Source of the DNA: Octopus vulgaris
Lineage: Eukaryota
Direction of reading: 5' to 3'
DNA length: 64,000 bases
NCBI GenBank assembly: GCA_951406725.2
Contig: OX597828.1
Span: 51,956,001-52,020,000 of the forward strand
Positions 37,536 through 50,585 of this stretch are shown here, piece after piece. Within the stretch, counting starts at the first letter, position 1. Every line of letters begins with the position of its first letter. A program made the translations under genes and the position numbers. The notes under the pieces were generated by a model, which worked only from the letters and a program-made list of their open reading frames with translations, did not search any database and was not told the origin of the DNA.

Positions 37536-38353
37536 GAATTGCTGCAGATTTTAATGACCACCACAACAACCCAGTTTCCACAAAAACAGTTCGCTTTGTC
37601 GGGAGCTGCACAAAGCGGGAATTCAAGGGAAGGCTGCAATCAGAAAACCACTATTTTCAAAAACAAACGTTGCTAAGCATTTAGAGTGGAGTAAAATCCT
37701 ATATAATTGGTCTCTAGAGCAGTGGAAGAATGTTATTTTTTCGAACGAGTCATCTTTTACCTTATTTTCGATCACCGGCCGAGTATATGTGTGGAGACAT
37801 CCAAAAGAAGCAATTGACCCAGACTGCCTTCTTCCAACTTTTAAACTTGGAGGAGGATCTGTGATGATCTGGGTGGGGGCTATATCTTGGAAATCCGACA
37901 GACCAATGGTTTCCCTTCATGACAGAATTAATATCCAAGACTATTTACGCATTTTATCTGATCAAATTCATCATATGGTTGCAGAACTGTTTCCGGAGGG
38001 AAACGCAATCTTTCAGGATGATAATGCACCAATTCACACAGCTAAAGTTGTTACTGAATGGCACGAGGAACATTCTAGAGAAGTTGAACATCTTATCTGG
38101 CCACCACAGTCCCCAGATCTCAATATTATTGAACGTTTATGGTGCATTTTAGAAAAACAATTAAGGAGACGATATCCTCCACTATCATCACCACAAGGAC
38201 TGCAGACTTCTTTAGGTGAAGAATGGACAAAATTTCCTTTGGAAACAATTCAAACTTTGTACGAGTCCATACCTCGTAGAATTGAAGCTGTAATAACTGC
38301 CAAAGGCGGTCCTACGCAATATTAAAATAAATCCATTATTGTGTCCATCCCTG
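37536..38353 (+). mobile_element. 5'-truncated Tc1-like transposon (DD36E spacing), defective
   Basis: ORF 37789..38325 has GGSVMIW, FQDDNAPIH and WPPQSPDLNIIE. Upstream frameshifted fragments PVSTKTVR, RELHKAG, GKAAIRKP and FSNESS. 3' end ...gtgtccatccctg|TA. Confidence 0.92.
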
Positions 38354-38518
38354 TATATATAGTATCCTGAAGAATTGGAAAATAGCTCCAAATTGCGAAC
38401 CAAGATGCAAACTTTTGCAGTGTGCACGGAATTGCAGCAGAAACATGTAGTTACAGAAAATGGAAACACGTTATTAACAGCAGAATAAAACTTGATAAAT
38501 AAGTCGCTGTTCTCCTTA

Positions 38519-38659
<141 letters not shown>

Positions 38660-38665
38660 TGTATA

Positions 38666-38738
<73 letters not shown>

Positions 38739-39089
38739 CGTAAATATCGATGGCAGTCTTAATTCACAAATAAAGAATGTATATGTGTGTGCATTTGTGT
38801 ACATAATTATTGCATAATTGGTGTGTAATTAGTGCGGCTATTTTTCAACAAATTTTATTCCTCAAAAAAAATAACAATATTTAACAAAAACATCTTTAAA
38901 TGATTATTCAGGCGCATATTCACCATCTACTTCAATTACTGCTTCCCATTTGGCTGGCAGACAGTCAGACCGTTATTTAAAAATGTTTGGGTTTTTTTTT
39001 TTTTTGCTAGATATTGTTGTTTTTGTTGAATAAAATTTGCTGAAAAAAAGCTGCAATAATTATGTACCACCCCAACATATATATATATT

Positions 39090-39378
39090 CTTTTCCTCTT
39101 CTACTTGTTTCGGCCATTTTACTGCTGCCATACTGGAGCACCTACTCTAGTCGAGCAAATCGACCCCACGACTTAATCTTTGTAAGCCTAGTACTTATTC
39201 TATCGGTCTCTTTTGCCGAACCGCTAAGTTACGGGCACGTAAATACACCAGCATCTGTTGTCAAACGATGTTAGGGGGACAAACACACACATACACACAC
39301 ACACACATACACACACACACACATACACACACACAGTAGGACTGAACCCGGAACCATACCACACAGCCACTCCTGCGC
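39090..39378 (-). mobile_element. SINE family C (internally deleted)
   Basis: Tail, microsatellite and head segments match family C. Confidence 0.85.
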
Positions 39379-39813
39379 ATATATATATATGGGTATATTA
39401 TGCTTCTGGTCACAAACTACGGTAATATAAAGCATTCATGTAACTAAAGATTTTGAAAACCCGTATGAGAAAATTATTCTGTTACTGTTGTGAGTATATG
39501 ATAATATAATGCAGGATTCATAACTGGTGAAAATTCCTTTATTTAATCAATGTCACGTGGTTAAATAAAATCTATATACACCTGTCTTAGCTCTTTAATT
39601 TTCATGCTTTTTACACCTTGATTTTCATATATTTTATCACTTTACCTCAATATCTTCCTCGTTTTACTTGTGTCCTGACACACAAACACACGCACGCGCA
39701 CCCACGCACACACACACACACATTACTTATGTTTATGAATATTACTTCTCGCTATCTTTCTCTGTCTGTCTGTCTGTCTCACTTTCTCTCTCTCTCCCTC
39801 TCTCTCCACACAC

Positions 39814-40030
39814 ACTCTTTTACTCTTTTACTTTTTTCAGTCATTTGACTGTGATCATGCTGGAGCACCACCTTTAATCGAGCAACTCGACCCCGGGACT
39901 TATTCTTTGTAAGCCCAGTACTTATTCTATCGGTCTCTTTTGCCGAACCGCTAAATGACGGGGACATAAACACACCAGCATCGGTTGTCAAGCAATGCTA
40001 GGGGGACAAACACAGACACACAAACACACG

Positions 40031-40080
<50 letters not shown>

Positions 40081-40242
40081 TACGACGGGCTTCTTTCAGT
40101 TTCCGCCTACCAAATCCACTCACAAGGCTTTGGTCAGCCCGAGGCTATAGTAGAAGACACTTGCCCAAGGTGCCACGCAGTGGGACTGAACCCGGAACCA
40201 TGTGGTTGGTAAGCAAACTACTTACCACACAGCCACTCCTGC
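39814..40242 (-). mobile_element. SINE family C, full length
   Basis: Reverse complement of 7906-8310. Confidence 0.93.
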
Positions 40243-40551
40243 ACATATACTGTTATATTTTGTTTTGGTCAAATTGCCAATTAAAAATACAACCTAATTA
40301 TTTGATCAATTCTTTAGCTTTATTATTATTAGTAGTTTACCTGTCAGAGTTCTTGCGTGACCTCTTTAATAACTTTCCGTCTCTTCTATATCTTATCGTC
40401 TCTAGTCTTGTCCTGTCTATTTCATCTTTTCTTTCTTGACAAAAGATGACTATCTCTAAATATAACAACATCTATTTCAACACACGATTTCACATCAAGA
40501 ATCTTGCAAAACAAATACAAAAATGCATAATCGTGTATGTATAAATATAAT

Positions 40552-40592
<41 letters not shown>

Positions 40593-40959
40593 TTCACACA
40601 TGCATACATATGCATATTTATATATTTATATACACACACAATTCTGTGTGTATCGTTGTTGAATTTTGAATCGAATCGATAGAATTATTGCAGAATAATC
40701 ACAAAGTTTCTTTTGGTGCCAAGTCGGTAAAACATTAGATATTTTGATGAGTTTTTAAGAATTGCTTACTTTGTAACCCTTCAGCACGTTTTCATTAATT
40801 TTCCATTACATCGTAAATGACTATCTGATTAATAATTCATAGTACTGTCTCTTAGAATTAATCGCTGGTGGCTTTCAACCGTTTGAGATTATTAAAAAAA
40901 AAAGCACTAATCTACTGCGTTATCTTGGTGGAAATACTAGAAGTTAAGTTACAATATTT

Positions 40960-42340
40960 GTTTCGATCTTGTATTTCTGAGTTCAATTTAGTGGTAGGTT
41001 TATCTGTCCAGTTTGACACGATCACCTGGCCGGCACTTTGCATACATTTAGCAAAATTTACCCTTTTCCTAGCTCTCAGGCTAGGTCTCCGGTTTGAAGA
41101 TACCTTCATATTTCCTATCGCTTCAGTCTCACAAATCTTTTAAAGGTGACACAGTCACTCCCTTCTCTCCTGACTAAAATATAAATCAAATTAATGTCAT
41201 TATCCATGTGGGTGTTACTCTACTACACATTGACAGGCCAACGAGTCCCCTTGTCAACAGCCAAATTTGTACCTTTCTAAGGTGAGACTTAACGTACAAG
41301 AGCCACAACGTGATATCAACGTATCCCCTTTTCATCAGTCGACATTCTTCCCCACTCTCAATTTATTTTCTTTCAATGTCTTTCTCTTCTGCTATTACTC
41401 TTACACACCCATATTCACTGAAGGTAGCATGTCACGGTGTCATGTTATATAAAACCTCTTCAATTTTCAAATTCAAAGAATTGACAAAAGTCTTTCGGTG
41501 AACGCACAATTCCCAATGATTTCTATCTCACCATCCACGTTAGTTCCATATTCTGCGTATATGCGCAGCATCATTCTATTACTTCTCATTTCATAAACTT
41601 TTTTTCTAACTTTTACCATCTTACGTATATGAACCGCGCCGACACAATGCAGTTGAAATTAATATTTCTCTCAAAAAAACCTCTCTTCCACCATAAGTAA
41701 AACAAATATTTCTTTTACTGTAATTGTTTTTAGTTTTCTAGTCAGAAACTAGTTTTACTAAAGATACTGTAGCTGATGCAGTTCTGCAGTTTATTTTCTC
41801 TTTGATCTCATTTCTTCTCTTATTAGTCTTCACAAATACTTGAGAAAAATAATCAACAATCAACACGGGGAGTCTCTTTTATTCCATTTGGATAGATCAG
41901 TGTCTTTTTGTTTTTAGTTCTTATTGCTTTGCTTCATTTTAAAATTGTCAACTGTTATTCCATTCTGTATATATTTTTTGTGTGTGTCTGTGTCTTTATC
42001 AAGATGTCATGTTACTGAGTACTTCTTTATTATGACTTACTAAAACATTACTAACCTTAACACATGAATTAATGACTTTACTACTGACTACCTTTGTATT
42101 TCCAACAAAAAATGCAATGGCTTTTGTCAGTACATTCTTGAAAAGGCTACGTGATATAATATACCTTTGTCTAACACCATATATTACTTTAAATCTGTAA
42201 TTTAATGACCGTTTAACCGAAATTACACTGTCTGCATTTTCATAGAACAAATTTATAACGTTTCTTATTTGAATGTACACTTATCGTTTCTCATAGCAAG
42301 CCAATATACTCCATATCATACATACATCAGAAGACCATTT
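40960..42340 (-). pseudogene. Degraded RTE-like LINE reverse transcriptase remnant
   Basis: ORF 41999..42280 FYENADSVISV...FKVIYGVRQRYIISRSLF matches the LY.N..S.V...F.V..GVRQGC.LSP.LF RT motif; outer boundaries approximate. Confidence 0.65.
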
Positions 42341-42778
42341 ACGATCAATGAATTTATTACGCCAAGGCCGACTTTGCCTTTCATCCTTTTGGAGTCGATA
42401 AAAGAAGTACCAGTTGAAAGCCGGGGTTGATGTAATTGTCTTAAACCTCACCTCGAAAATTTGAAACCAGTATCAATGAATTTGTATATTGATCTAAATT
42501 TTAATTTAATATTTATCATTATTATATGATTTAATATTATATAATTTAATATTTGTCATTTTTTCTAAATATAGCACAAAGCAACCAGTTTTTAAGGCGA
42601 GGGGCTAAGATTGTAATTTATACTCATTTTATGGGCTACGAAAGAATGAAAGCAAAGGTGACCTCGGACGTCACCTTTGATCTCAGAAAGAAAAGCTGGA
42701 ATAAATGCAGCCAAGCATTGTGACCAGTGTAGCTAACGATTCTCACAGCTCATTGACTCATTACTTCTAATCAATTCA

Positions 42779-43180
42779 GGCGACGAGCTGGCAGAAACGT
42801 TAGCACGCCGGGCGAAATGCGTAGCCGTATTTCGTTTGCCGCTACGTTCTGAGTCCAAATTCCGCCGAGGTCGACTTTGCCTTTCATCCATTCGGGGTCG
42901 ATAAATTAAGTACCAGTTACGCACTGGGGTCGATATAATCGAAATAATCCGTTTGTCTGTCCTTGTTTGTCCTCTCTGTGTTTAGCCCCGTGTGGGTAGT
43001 AAAGAAATAGGTATTTCGCCCGTCGCTATGTTTTGAGTTTAAATTCCGCCGAGGTCGACTTTGCCTTTCATCATTGCGGAGTTCGATAAATTAAGTACTA
43101 GTTACGCACTGGGGTCGATGTAATCGACTTAACCCAACCCCCAAAATTTCAGGCCTTGTGCCTATTTTAGAAAGGATTAT
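42779..43180 (+). mobile_element. SINE family A dimer with two different tails
   Basis: Unit 1 ends gtagtaaagaaata|ggtatttc; unit 2 ends ccccaaaatttcaggccttgtgcc; TSD ttctaatcaat on both sides. Confidence 0.88.
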
Positions 43181-43565
43181 TTCTAATCAATAAAAGTTAC
43201 TAATTACTCACGTTATGCACACATGCAAAACTTGAGTTTATTTCCATGACAGTTATATGAATCTGATTATTTTATACACCCACCCTTAGTAGGCTTACAA
43301 TATCATTGTTCTTGATGGTTTGCATTTAATATAATTGGACAGTGTCATTTTAAATCAGTAAACTTAATCCTAAGCTATTTCTTTTATTTCCAAGTCATTA
43401 TACAACTTCTAACTACCACGATAACATCTTACACAACATTTGCTTTCAACTTCCATTGTGTCTTTCGTTTTGTTTATTAATGTTTTATTTCAAGACATTC
43501 ACCAAAAAACCCTGCTTCCTTATTATTATATTTGTTTGGGGCATAAAAGTGAAAAACATAGATGG

Positions 43566-44427
43566 CATGGAAAAATGAGAACAAGAGAAATAATATTCTT
43601 AAGATTATAAACCTATTAAAGTACAGGACAAGTTATTAAACTTGGAAAAGTTCAGGACAATTTATTACATCTGTACAGAACAAGAACATTTTTACTTAAA
43701 ATATTGCAGATAAGGATAGAATTTGAATATTAAAAATTATTTGATTTGATTTACAAAGTAACATTATAATTAAAAAAGGTACCATCACTTTGTTAAAATA
43801 CTGACAGACCAGAATACTTAAAAAATGATAGTCAGAAGTACTAATATAACTAAAGATTTATGCAAAGTAAAATAGTACGCAGATTCATTATGTAAAAGAT
43901 AGGCATTGGGTCAAAACTAAAAATGTGAAGACTTGGCAATAACTTAGGCTATAACTGAAGCAAATGTTATTGTGAAATTGTTGTAATACATAGATTTTAC
44001 TGTAATATATAACTAATTTTTGCATTATTCTATTTATTGTACTAACTAATTATGTACTAGTATGCTTTCTATAACCGCTTTTCAAATTTCTAATTATTAA
44101 TAGTTGAAAAAATTAATTTTTTTTAAGTGCAAAAATATTTGTAGATATTTATTTTTATTTTTAACAGTAGTAACAAGTAATAAAAAATAGAATTAACAAC
44201 TTGTACTAAAATTTTTAGTTATAATAAAAGCTAATATATCTAAATCTAAATATTTTATTTGAAATTTTATCCTTAGCTGCAATATTTTAAGTAAAAAATT
44301 TTCTTGTTCTGTACTTTACAAGATGTAATAAGTTGTCCTGAACTTTTCCAGGGGTAATACCTTGTACTGTACTCTTCCAGGTTTACAATGTTAAGAATAT
44401 TATTTCTCTTGCTCGCATTTTTCCATG
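43566..44427. mobile_element. ~860-bp foldback/MITE with ~160-bp TIRs (CATGG...CCATG termini)
   Basis: catggaaaaatgagaacaagagaaataatattcttaa...aatattgcagataaggata versus tatccttagctgcaatatt...ttaagaatattatttctcttgctcgcatttttccatg; TSD not resolved. Confidence 0.85.
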
Positions 44428-44681
44428 TAAGATACACATGCTTCAATAAACGTACTTATGTCATTTCTAAACTGAATTTGTTTTTTAATGAGAACATTTA
44501 AAATTTTTACCTAATAGAAACAAATTCAATAAACATAACACTTATTTTTATTGCTCAATCTAGAAAAACAGTCAAACATATGCACCACCACGGCAGTATA
44601 TATGCTTGCGTGTGTATGTGTGTGTGTTGCGAACTGCTTGTGCAATTGTCTGTATGTGAGCGCTATACATACATACATACA

Positions 44682-44714
<33 letters not shown>

Positions 44715-45249
44715 GTATTATGGTTAAGAAGATTCGAAATTCCTGAATCCTTTTGCTTTTGTAAAATGAAAGCCTAATTTATATTATTTCTTCTGAATAC
44801 TACGTAGAATATCTGTAATAGTGACCCGTAATTCAAATAACGTTGAACTCATGGAGAGTAACAAACACAGCATTGTATATGGTGATGAAAAGCTCATCTT
44901 TCCTAAAACTTCCATTGCATCGGTGTGTGTCACAGAAATCAAATTATAAAAGCGTGAACGGTAGGCCGTTATATTTTAGGTCTCCAATCTTACATCCAAC
45001 ATGATGCATTCGATAGACAGGCTACACAGATACCAAATCCTAATATCATCCAAGATAAAATGCTTAGTTACTAACAAACCGAACAAAACAATTTTCTCCG
45101 ATGTTCTTGACGATTAGGAGCTGCAGGCTCTCGAGAAAATGGACGTGTGTTTACTTTGTCCGGAAAGAATTACAAGATGATTAAATAGGCGGTTGCTTAT
45201 GGTAACTTGAAGTTGTTGACACAGAGGGATGCAGCTCAGTATTTGTTAG

Positions 45250-46000
45250 AGGTAACTAGGTTTTCTTTTCTTTTTTTTCTTTTGATCATTCTGTAGTGTT
45301 TTTCAGTAGACCGAAATAGTTTTGTGGTGTGAGCTACATTTGAAACAGGTTGCTTGGTAACCAATCACTTTACTGGGTTAGTATGATAGAAACCAGGCTT
45401 TGCAATTGCGATGGGGAAAAGGAAGAATTGACACTGAGTTTTGGTAGATATTTTGTTTATTAAATGAACTTGGAGATATATGGTGAGGAAATGTTAATTC
45501 TACAGCAAGGAAAGTCTTGATTGATGAGTGAGCGTTAGGTTATTATGGTCAAAAGAAAAGAATCTCTTTTAGTCAGAGCTCACAACGCCTTGCGGCAATA
45601 TGGATGGTAAGACAGCTGCCAAGCAACCGAATGTTAGAGAATACTTTTATTTTCTTGATGCTTCTATTTTCCTGGCCATCGGTTTTACAGAATCTGAGTC
45701 TAATACAAATTTAGCTAATGGAATATATTCAAGGTATGATAAGTACTGTTCATAGCAAAAACAAAAAAAAATACCCTGCTCTGCTGTAAAGAGTCGATTG
45801 TTTAATTGTAATCTGCGGTCATTGACTGATTAAGGAATATGCTTAGAGAAAATGATTCGGTATCTTGGAGCAACCGGAGTCAAATAGAAGGCGAAGAGAA
45901 CTGAGAAAACTATAGGGATTAGCTTGGCGTGGAGGAACTGAAAGCTTTGGAAGTTATGGATTAAAAACATGTAAGATTTGCGGCCTTCATTCATCAACTG
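45250..46000 (-). pseudogene. Possible very old Penelope RT remnant
   Basis: Minus-strand fragments weakly resemble P...FY..PK and PIVS.C...T..IS.Y of PLE RT; no intact frame. Confidence 0.3.
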
Positions 46001-46517
46001 TCAATCATTTATTTGGGACTGAAACAGTAGTAGCTGTACGATAGCTGGTGTTAGAGGTGAAAGAGAGATCAATGCTTTTGGCGCATCGCCTCCGAAATCA
46101 AACAAATTGATCGTTTAGTTGATCCTGTCTTTGTTAAGAGGGGCACGATCTTCCGGAGATCTTCTTTCACAATTACAAAAGGGATTCTGGAGTAAATGCT
46201 GTGTACATATATGGATTTTATTGTTGCTTGTGGTATGTGATATTCATTAGAAAGTTAGAGTTGGTATATAACTTCTGTCGTTCGCCAACATTGTACCTCT
46301 AAAATTTCCTTGTAGTTGAACCTTTTCTGCCAAATTACGCTAACATGAGTGTTTGCAAGTCTTACGCACGACGCTTCGAAGTCTACATTGTCGATGGATA
46401 TTGACACCTTAGGGGTGGTTTCCTTATATCTTAATGGTTTGATTTCGAGCTTGCAACATTTTCGGCTGGATGATATGATTTGGTTAAAGACCAATTCTTT
46501 TCTTTTCATCTAGCACA

Positions 46518-46783
46518 CCGTCGCTTACGACAAGGGTTCCAGTTGATCTGATCAAGGGAACATCATGTTCATGAAATTATGCGCAAAATGGCTGAGTATA
46601 GTAAAAAGACGTGTACTCTTAATATGGTTCTCACCATGACATTGAATGTGACAAGGTTGGACTTTTGAAATACAGGTTCAACTCAATGTTGCTAGCTCAA
46701 AGACACAACGTTCTGCTGGAAATCGAACTCACAACCTTACGATCGTGAGCCAAATGTCCTAACCACTTGGCCATACGCCTTCA
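46518..46783 (-). mobile_element. Old SINE related to family B
   Basis: ccgtcgcttacgacaagggttccagttgatctgatcaa...gtgacaagg...tttgaaatacagg...aatcgaactc...cctaaccact. Confidence 0.75.
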
Positions 46784-47500
46784 CTAAGGACCAATAAGGA
46801 AAGGTTCTACAGCAACTTCCGCTTATACTTCAATGAATGCAGCCATGGCATGGAGGCTAAGGAATCTTTGAGGCCTTAGGTTTTATCCTACAGCAATATA
46901 TCTAAAGCAAGTGCCTTTAACATAGCCTCGAGTCACTCCCGGGCTTGTGGGTGAAATTGCTTCAACAGAAAACTAGGCAGAAACTGTGAAGTTGACGGCA
47001 TCTGTTGCTCAGGTGTCTACTCTTGTGTCTCAATTGTAGCGTTGATTGGGCTTCAAACTCAGAATTATATATAATGCCTACGGGGCTTTTCGGATATTCA
47101 CTCACTTATGTATACGTTTAACGAATGGACTAGACATTTTAACTCTTCCGAGATGCATAAACATCATAGAAATAGATAGGAGGACTCTAGTACACCCATC
47201 CAGTCGAAAGATCTGAAGGAGGAAATAGTCAAGAAAATGACGTGCTTCAGTTGTACCGTTGGTTGGAGTTCGACCTCAAATTTATATAAAAGGCATACGG
47301 GACCTCGGAACATTCATATTTAACGTATGGACAGAACATTTCAATTTTTTCCTAGATGAATACTCATCTTAGAAATCGATAGAGGAACTCTCGTGCATCG
47401 TCCATGGGAAAGGTGTGCATATTGCGTGTGTTCGTGTATGCGCGCGTGTGTGTGTGTGTATGTGTGTGTGCGCGTGCATGTGTGTATGTGTGCGTTTGTA

Positions 47501-47546
<46 letters not shown>

Positions 47547-48084
47547 CCACGCAGATGCGGAAATGATGTGTGTGTATTTGTGATATTTTAAATCATCGAC
47601 GAAGAGACGTACTTTACAAATAAGATTTTAAAATTTTCACGCAAAATTCAGCTTATGAATACAAACTAATGTGTGTGTGCTCGCGCGTGTGTGCGTGCAT
47701 GTGTGCGTGTGTGTGTGTGTACGAGTGATATGTGCGTCTGTATATGTGAGCACATTCTTCTTAAATATTTACCAAAATAAAGAAATCACTGAAAACCCTA
47801 TTCAGCTTCCTGTCAACTTCTCTTCTATCTTCCCATACATATTACGTACATACGTATATAGGTAGGTATATATAATACATACTCATATAGGTATGTATTA
47901 CATACGTACTTATGTAGACAAGGATGTAGTTTTTTTTTTTTTCAATATTTATTCAATAATCTTGTTATCTGTATCGAAATATTATTATCTGAATTTCTAC
48001 GTGCTTGGAAACGTAAAAGTGTGTGCATCCGGTCTCTTAGTATTCTTCCACAATCTGCACGCCTCCATCTTTCTCTTTGTGTAT

Positions 48085-48116
<32 letters not shown>

Positions 48117-48122
48117 GTATAA

Positions 48123-48343
48123 CAATGGCAGCGTGAAAGGTGTTTATAAGCCATTTAAGAAACACACACAAACCGTTAGATTCACTTCAACATTTAAATT
48201 TAATTTGGCAAAATATTTTCGTCGCTTTGAGACCTCGACCTGTTCACTGAAAAAATTACGTGCAGGATTTAAATGTTGAAGCGAATCTAGCTGTTTTTGC
48301 GTGTTTCTTAAATGGCTTATAAACACCTTCCACGGCGCAATTG
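48123..48343 (-). mobile_element. Penelope-like element: 77-bp inverted arms enclosing a variant hammerhead
   Basis: 48123-48199 is the reverse complement of 48267-48343; tggcttataaacacc also occurs at ~14561. Confidence 0.8.
48201..48258 (-). ncRNA. Hammerhead with G3-C8 core swap (GUGAACA)
   Basis: Minus strand: taattttttca gtgaaca g gtcg-aggtctcaaag-cgac gaaa atat tt tgccaaatta; stem I has two mismatches. Confidence 0.6.
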
Positions 48344-48400
48344 CTTTCGTTCCAGCACACGATCTCGGATCAGGTCACTTGCTATGCACGTACATCTCCG

Positions 48401-48442
<42 letters not shown>

Positions 48443-48949
48443 TGAGATAGGGGTTGTAAATGCAACCCTCCATGGGATAACATATATCCAATATACTAAC
48501 ACTTTGCATGGTATTGTAATACTATTGTGACTATCTTGCTAATAATGGAATTTATGTATTGTTTCTGTAGTATTAGCGTTATTAATAATAATATGATTGA
48601 TGATATTGGTAGCATTAGTGGTAATGACAATGATAATGATGCTAACATTAATGACATTTTGGAAATTAATAAGAACTAATAGAATGTAATCTTGACTCTC
48701 TATATCTGCATTTAGGTATTAATATGTGTATGTTTTTCTACGTTGTAATTATCACAATATTAAGTTGAAAAACTGTAACATTGAATGTGGAGCATATGTA
48801 TGTTTATTAATTTATATTATTTATATCATTATGTATATGTATATTTATATGTATAGGAGTGTGAGTATATGCACTCATATGTATATGTATATGTTTTATT
48901 ATAGGTCTGTATCCACACCTATATAAGTATGTATGTAATCTAATTTGTA

Positions 48950-49064
48950 ATCTCCGAAGAGGCCTTAGGATGTCTCATTTATAACTACATATTGACCTAC
49001 CATAAATGGCTAATATAAGTTAAATGAGACATGCTTATCTACATGGCCGAAACAGCTGTAAGAT
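48950..49064 (+). ncRNA. Type I hammerhead (core CCGAAGA, ~90-nt stem II, GUA site)
   Basis: Stem I atct/agat; ccgaaga 48954-48960; stem II ggcc...ggcc with inner atgtctcattta/taaatgagacat helix; gaaa 49049-49052; palindromic cagctg; ta. Confidence 0.78.
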
Positions 49065-49294
49065 ATAGTCTATATTTATATTTATGTGTACTTATATTTA
49101 TTTTCTATTATACGTATTCTACTTATTGTATAACATTACTACTTTATGTACACTCCTTCATGTACACTGTTTTACCCTACATTATTATGTTTAACCTTAT
49201 GGTTTCTTATGTGGTGGTTTAATAAAGTATGTGATTGAGTATTATCTGGTAATTGATATTTGATTTCGATGTATTTCTCCATTTTCTTATTTTG

Positions 49295-49344
<50 letters not shown>

Positions 49345-49345
49345 C

Positions 49346-49380
<35 letters not shown>

Positions 49381-49424
49381 TATTTGTATATACGCACACA
49401 CAGATATATATATACATATATATA

Positions 49425-49640
49425 CAGTATGGCCCAAAAGTAGGTTTACAGTTATAACATAGGCACTTTAATTTTCATTAAAAACATTTTATTATAATTA
49501 AATTTCTATCTTACAATTAACTAAATTAGCATAGAATTATAGTTTCATATTATTTTTCATCATTAAGATCTAAACTGTTGACATATGAATGCGAAAGAGG
49601 TAGCTGAATAACTGCAAGGCTACTTTTACCACACCCCTTG
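49425..49640. mobile_element. Diverged Tc1/mariner-type MITE
   Basis: ta|cagtatggcccaaaagtaggtttacagtt versus aactgcaaggctacttttaccacacccc (partial TIR match). Confidence 0.45.
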
Positions 49641-49716
<76 letters not shown>

Positions 49717-49796
49717 GCGTCAGTATGTATGTATGGGTGCGTTTTGAATGTTTTTGTATGTATGCGTTTTGTATGTATGTATGTATGTATGTATAT

Positions 49797-49986
49797 AGGG
49801 AGAATTCACGAAAAAAACAAAAGACGAAGACAGTGGTGTAGAAAACAAACATATGTATTAGTATAACGCTCAGGAATAGAAAAAAGTCTTTTACGTTTCG
49901 AGCCTACGCTCTTCTACAGAAAGGAACACAAAGAAACAAGGAGAGAAAAAAATGTGTGTAGAGGGTACCGATCTATCATGGTGACA

Positions 49987-49988
<2 letters not shown>
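49797..49988 (-). mobile_element. Short Penelope-like element with A6U hammerhead variant (49888-49923)
   Basis: Minus strand: cttt ctgtaga a gagc-gtag-gctc gaaa cg ta aaag; second copy at 52250-52430. Confidence 0.75.
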
Positions 49989-50030
<42 letters not shown>

Positions 50031-50197
50031 GCGTCAGTATGTATGTATGGGTGCGTTTTGAATGTTTTTATGTTTGTCTCCCCGTCGCATATATCATCCC
50101 TTTCTCCCATTCATACAAGCTCACACACACACACACACACACAAACGTAGTCTCGCACGCTCTCATTCGCACATGTACACACACGCATAGACACGAA

Positions 50198-50235
<38 letters not shown>

Positions 50236-50339
50236 TTCTCTCACTCTTCCTTTTTCTTCATTTCATGTTAGCATTCTCCGTTTATGCATATGCGTTTCTG
50301 TATGCTTCTGTATGTATTATGTATTTGCATGTGTGTTTG

Positions 50340-50370
<31 letters not shown>

Positions 50371-50547
50371 TTGTTTGTGTGTGTGTGTGTGTGTGTATCT
50401 GTATGTGTATGACTCTGTGTGCGTGTGCGCACGTGTGTGTTGTGTCTGTATTTGCTTATGTGTCTGTGTGTGTATTTGTATTTGGTATGTGAGTCTGTTA
50501 CTATTATTTCTCTCCCGTACATACATACACTTACATACACACACTCA

Positions 50548-50585
<38 letters not shown>

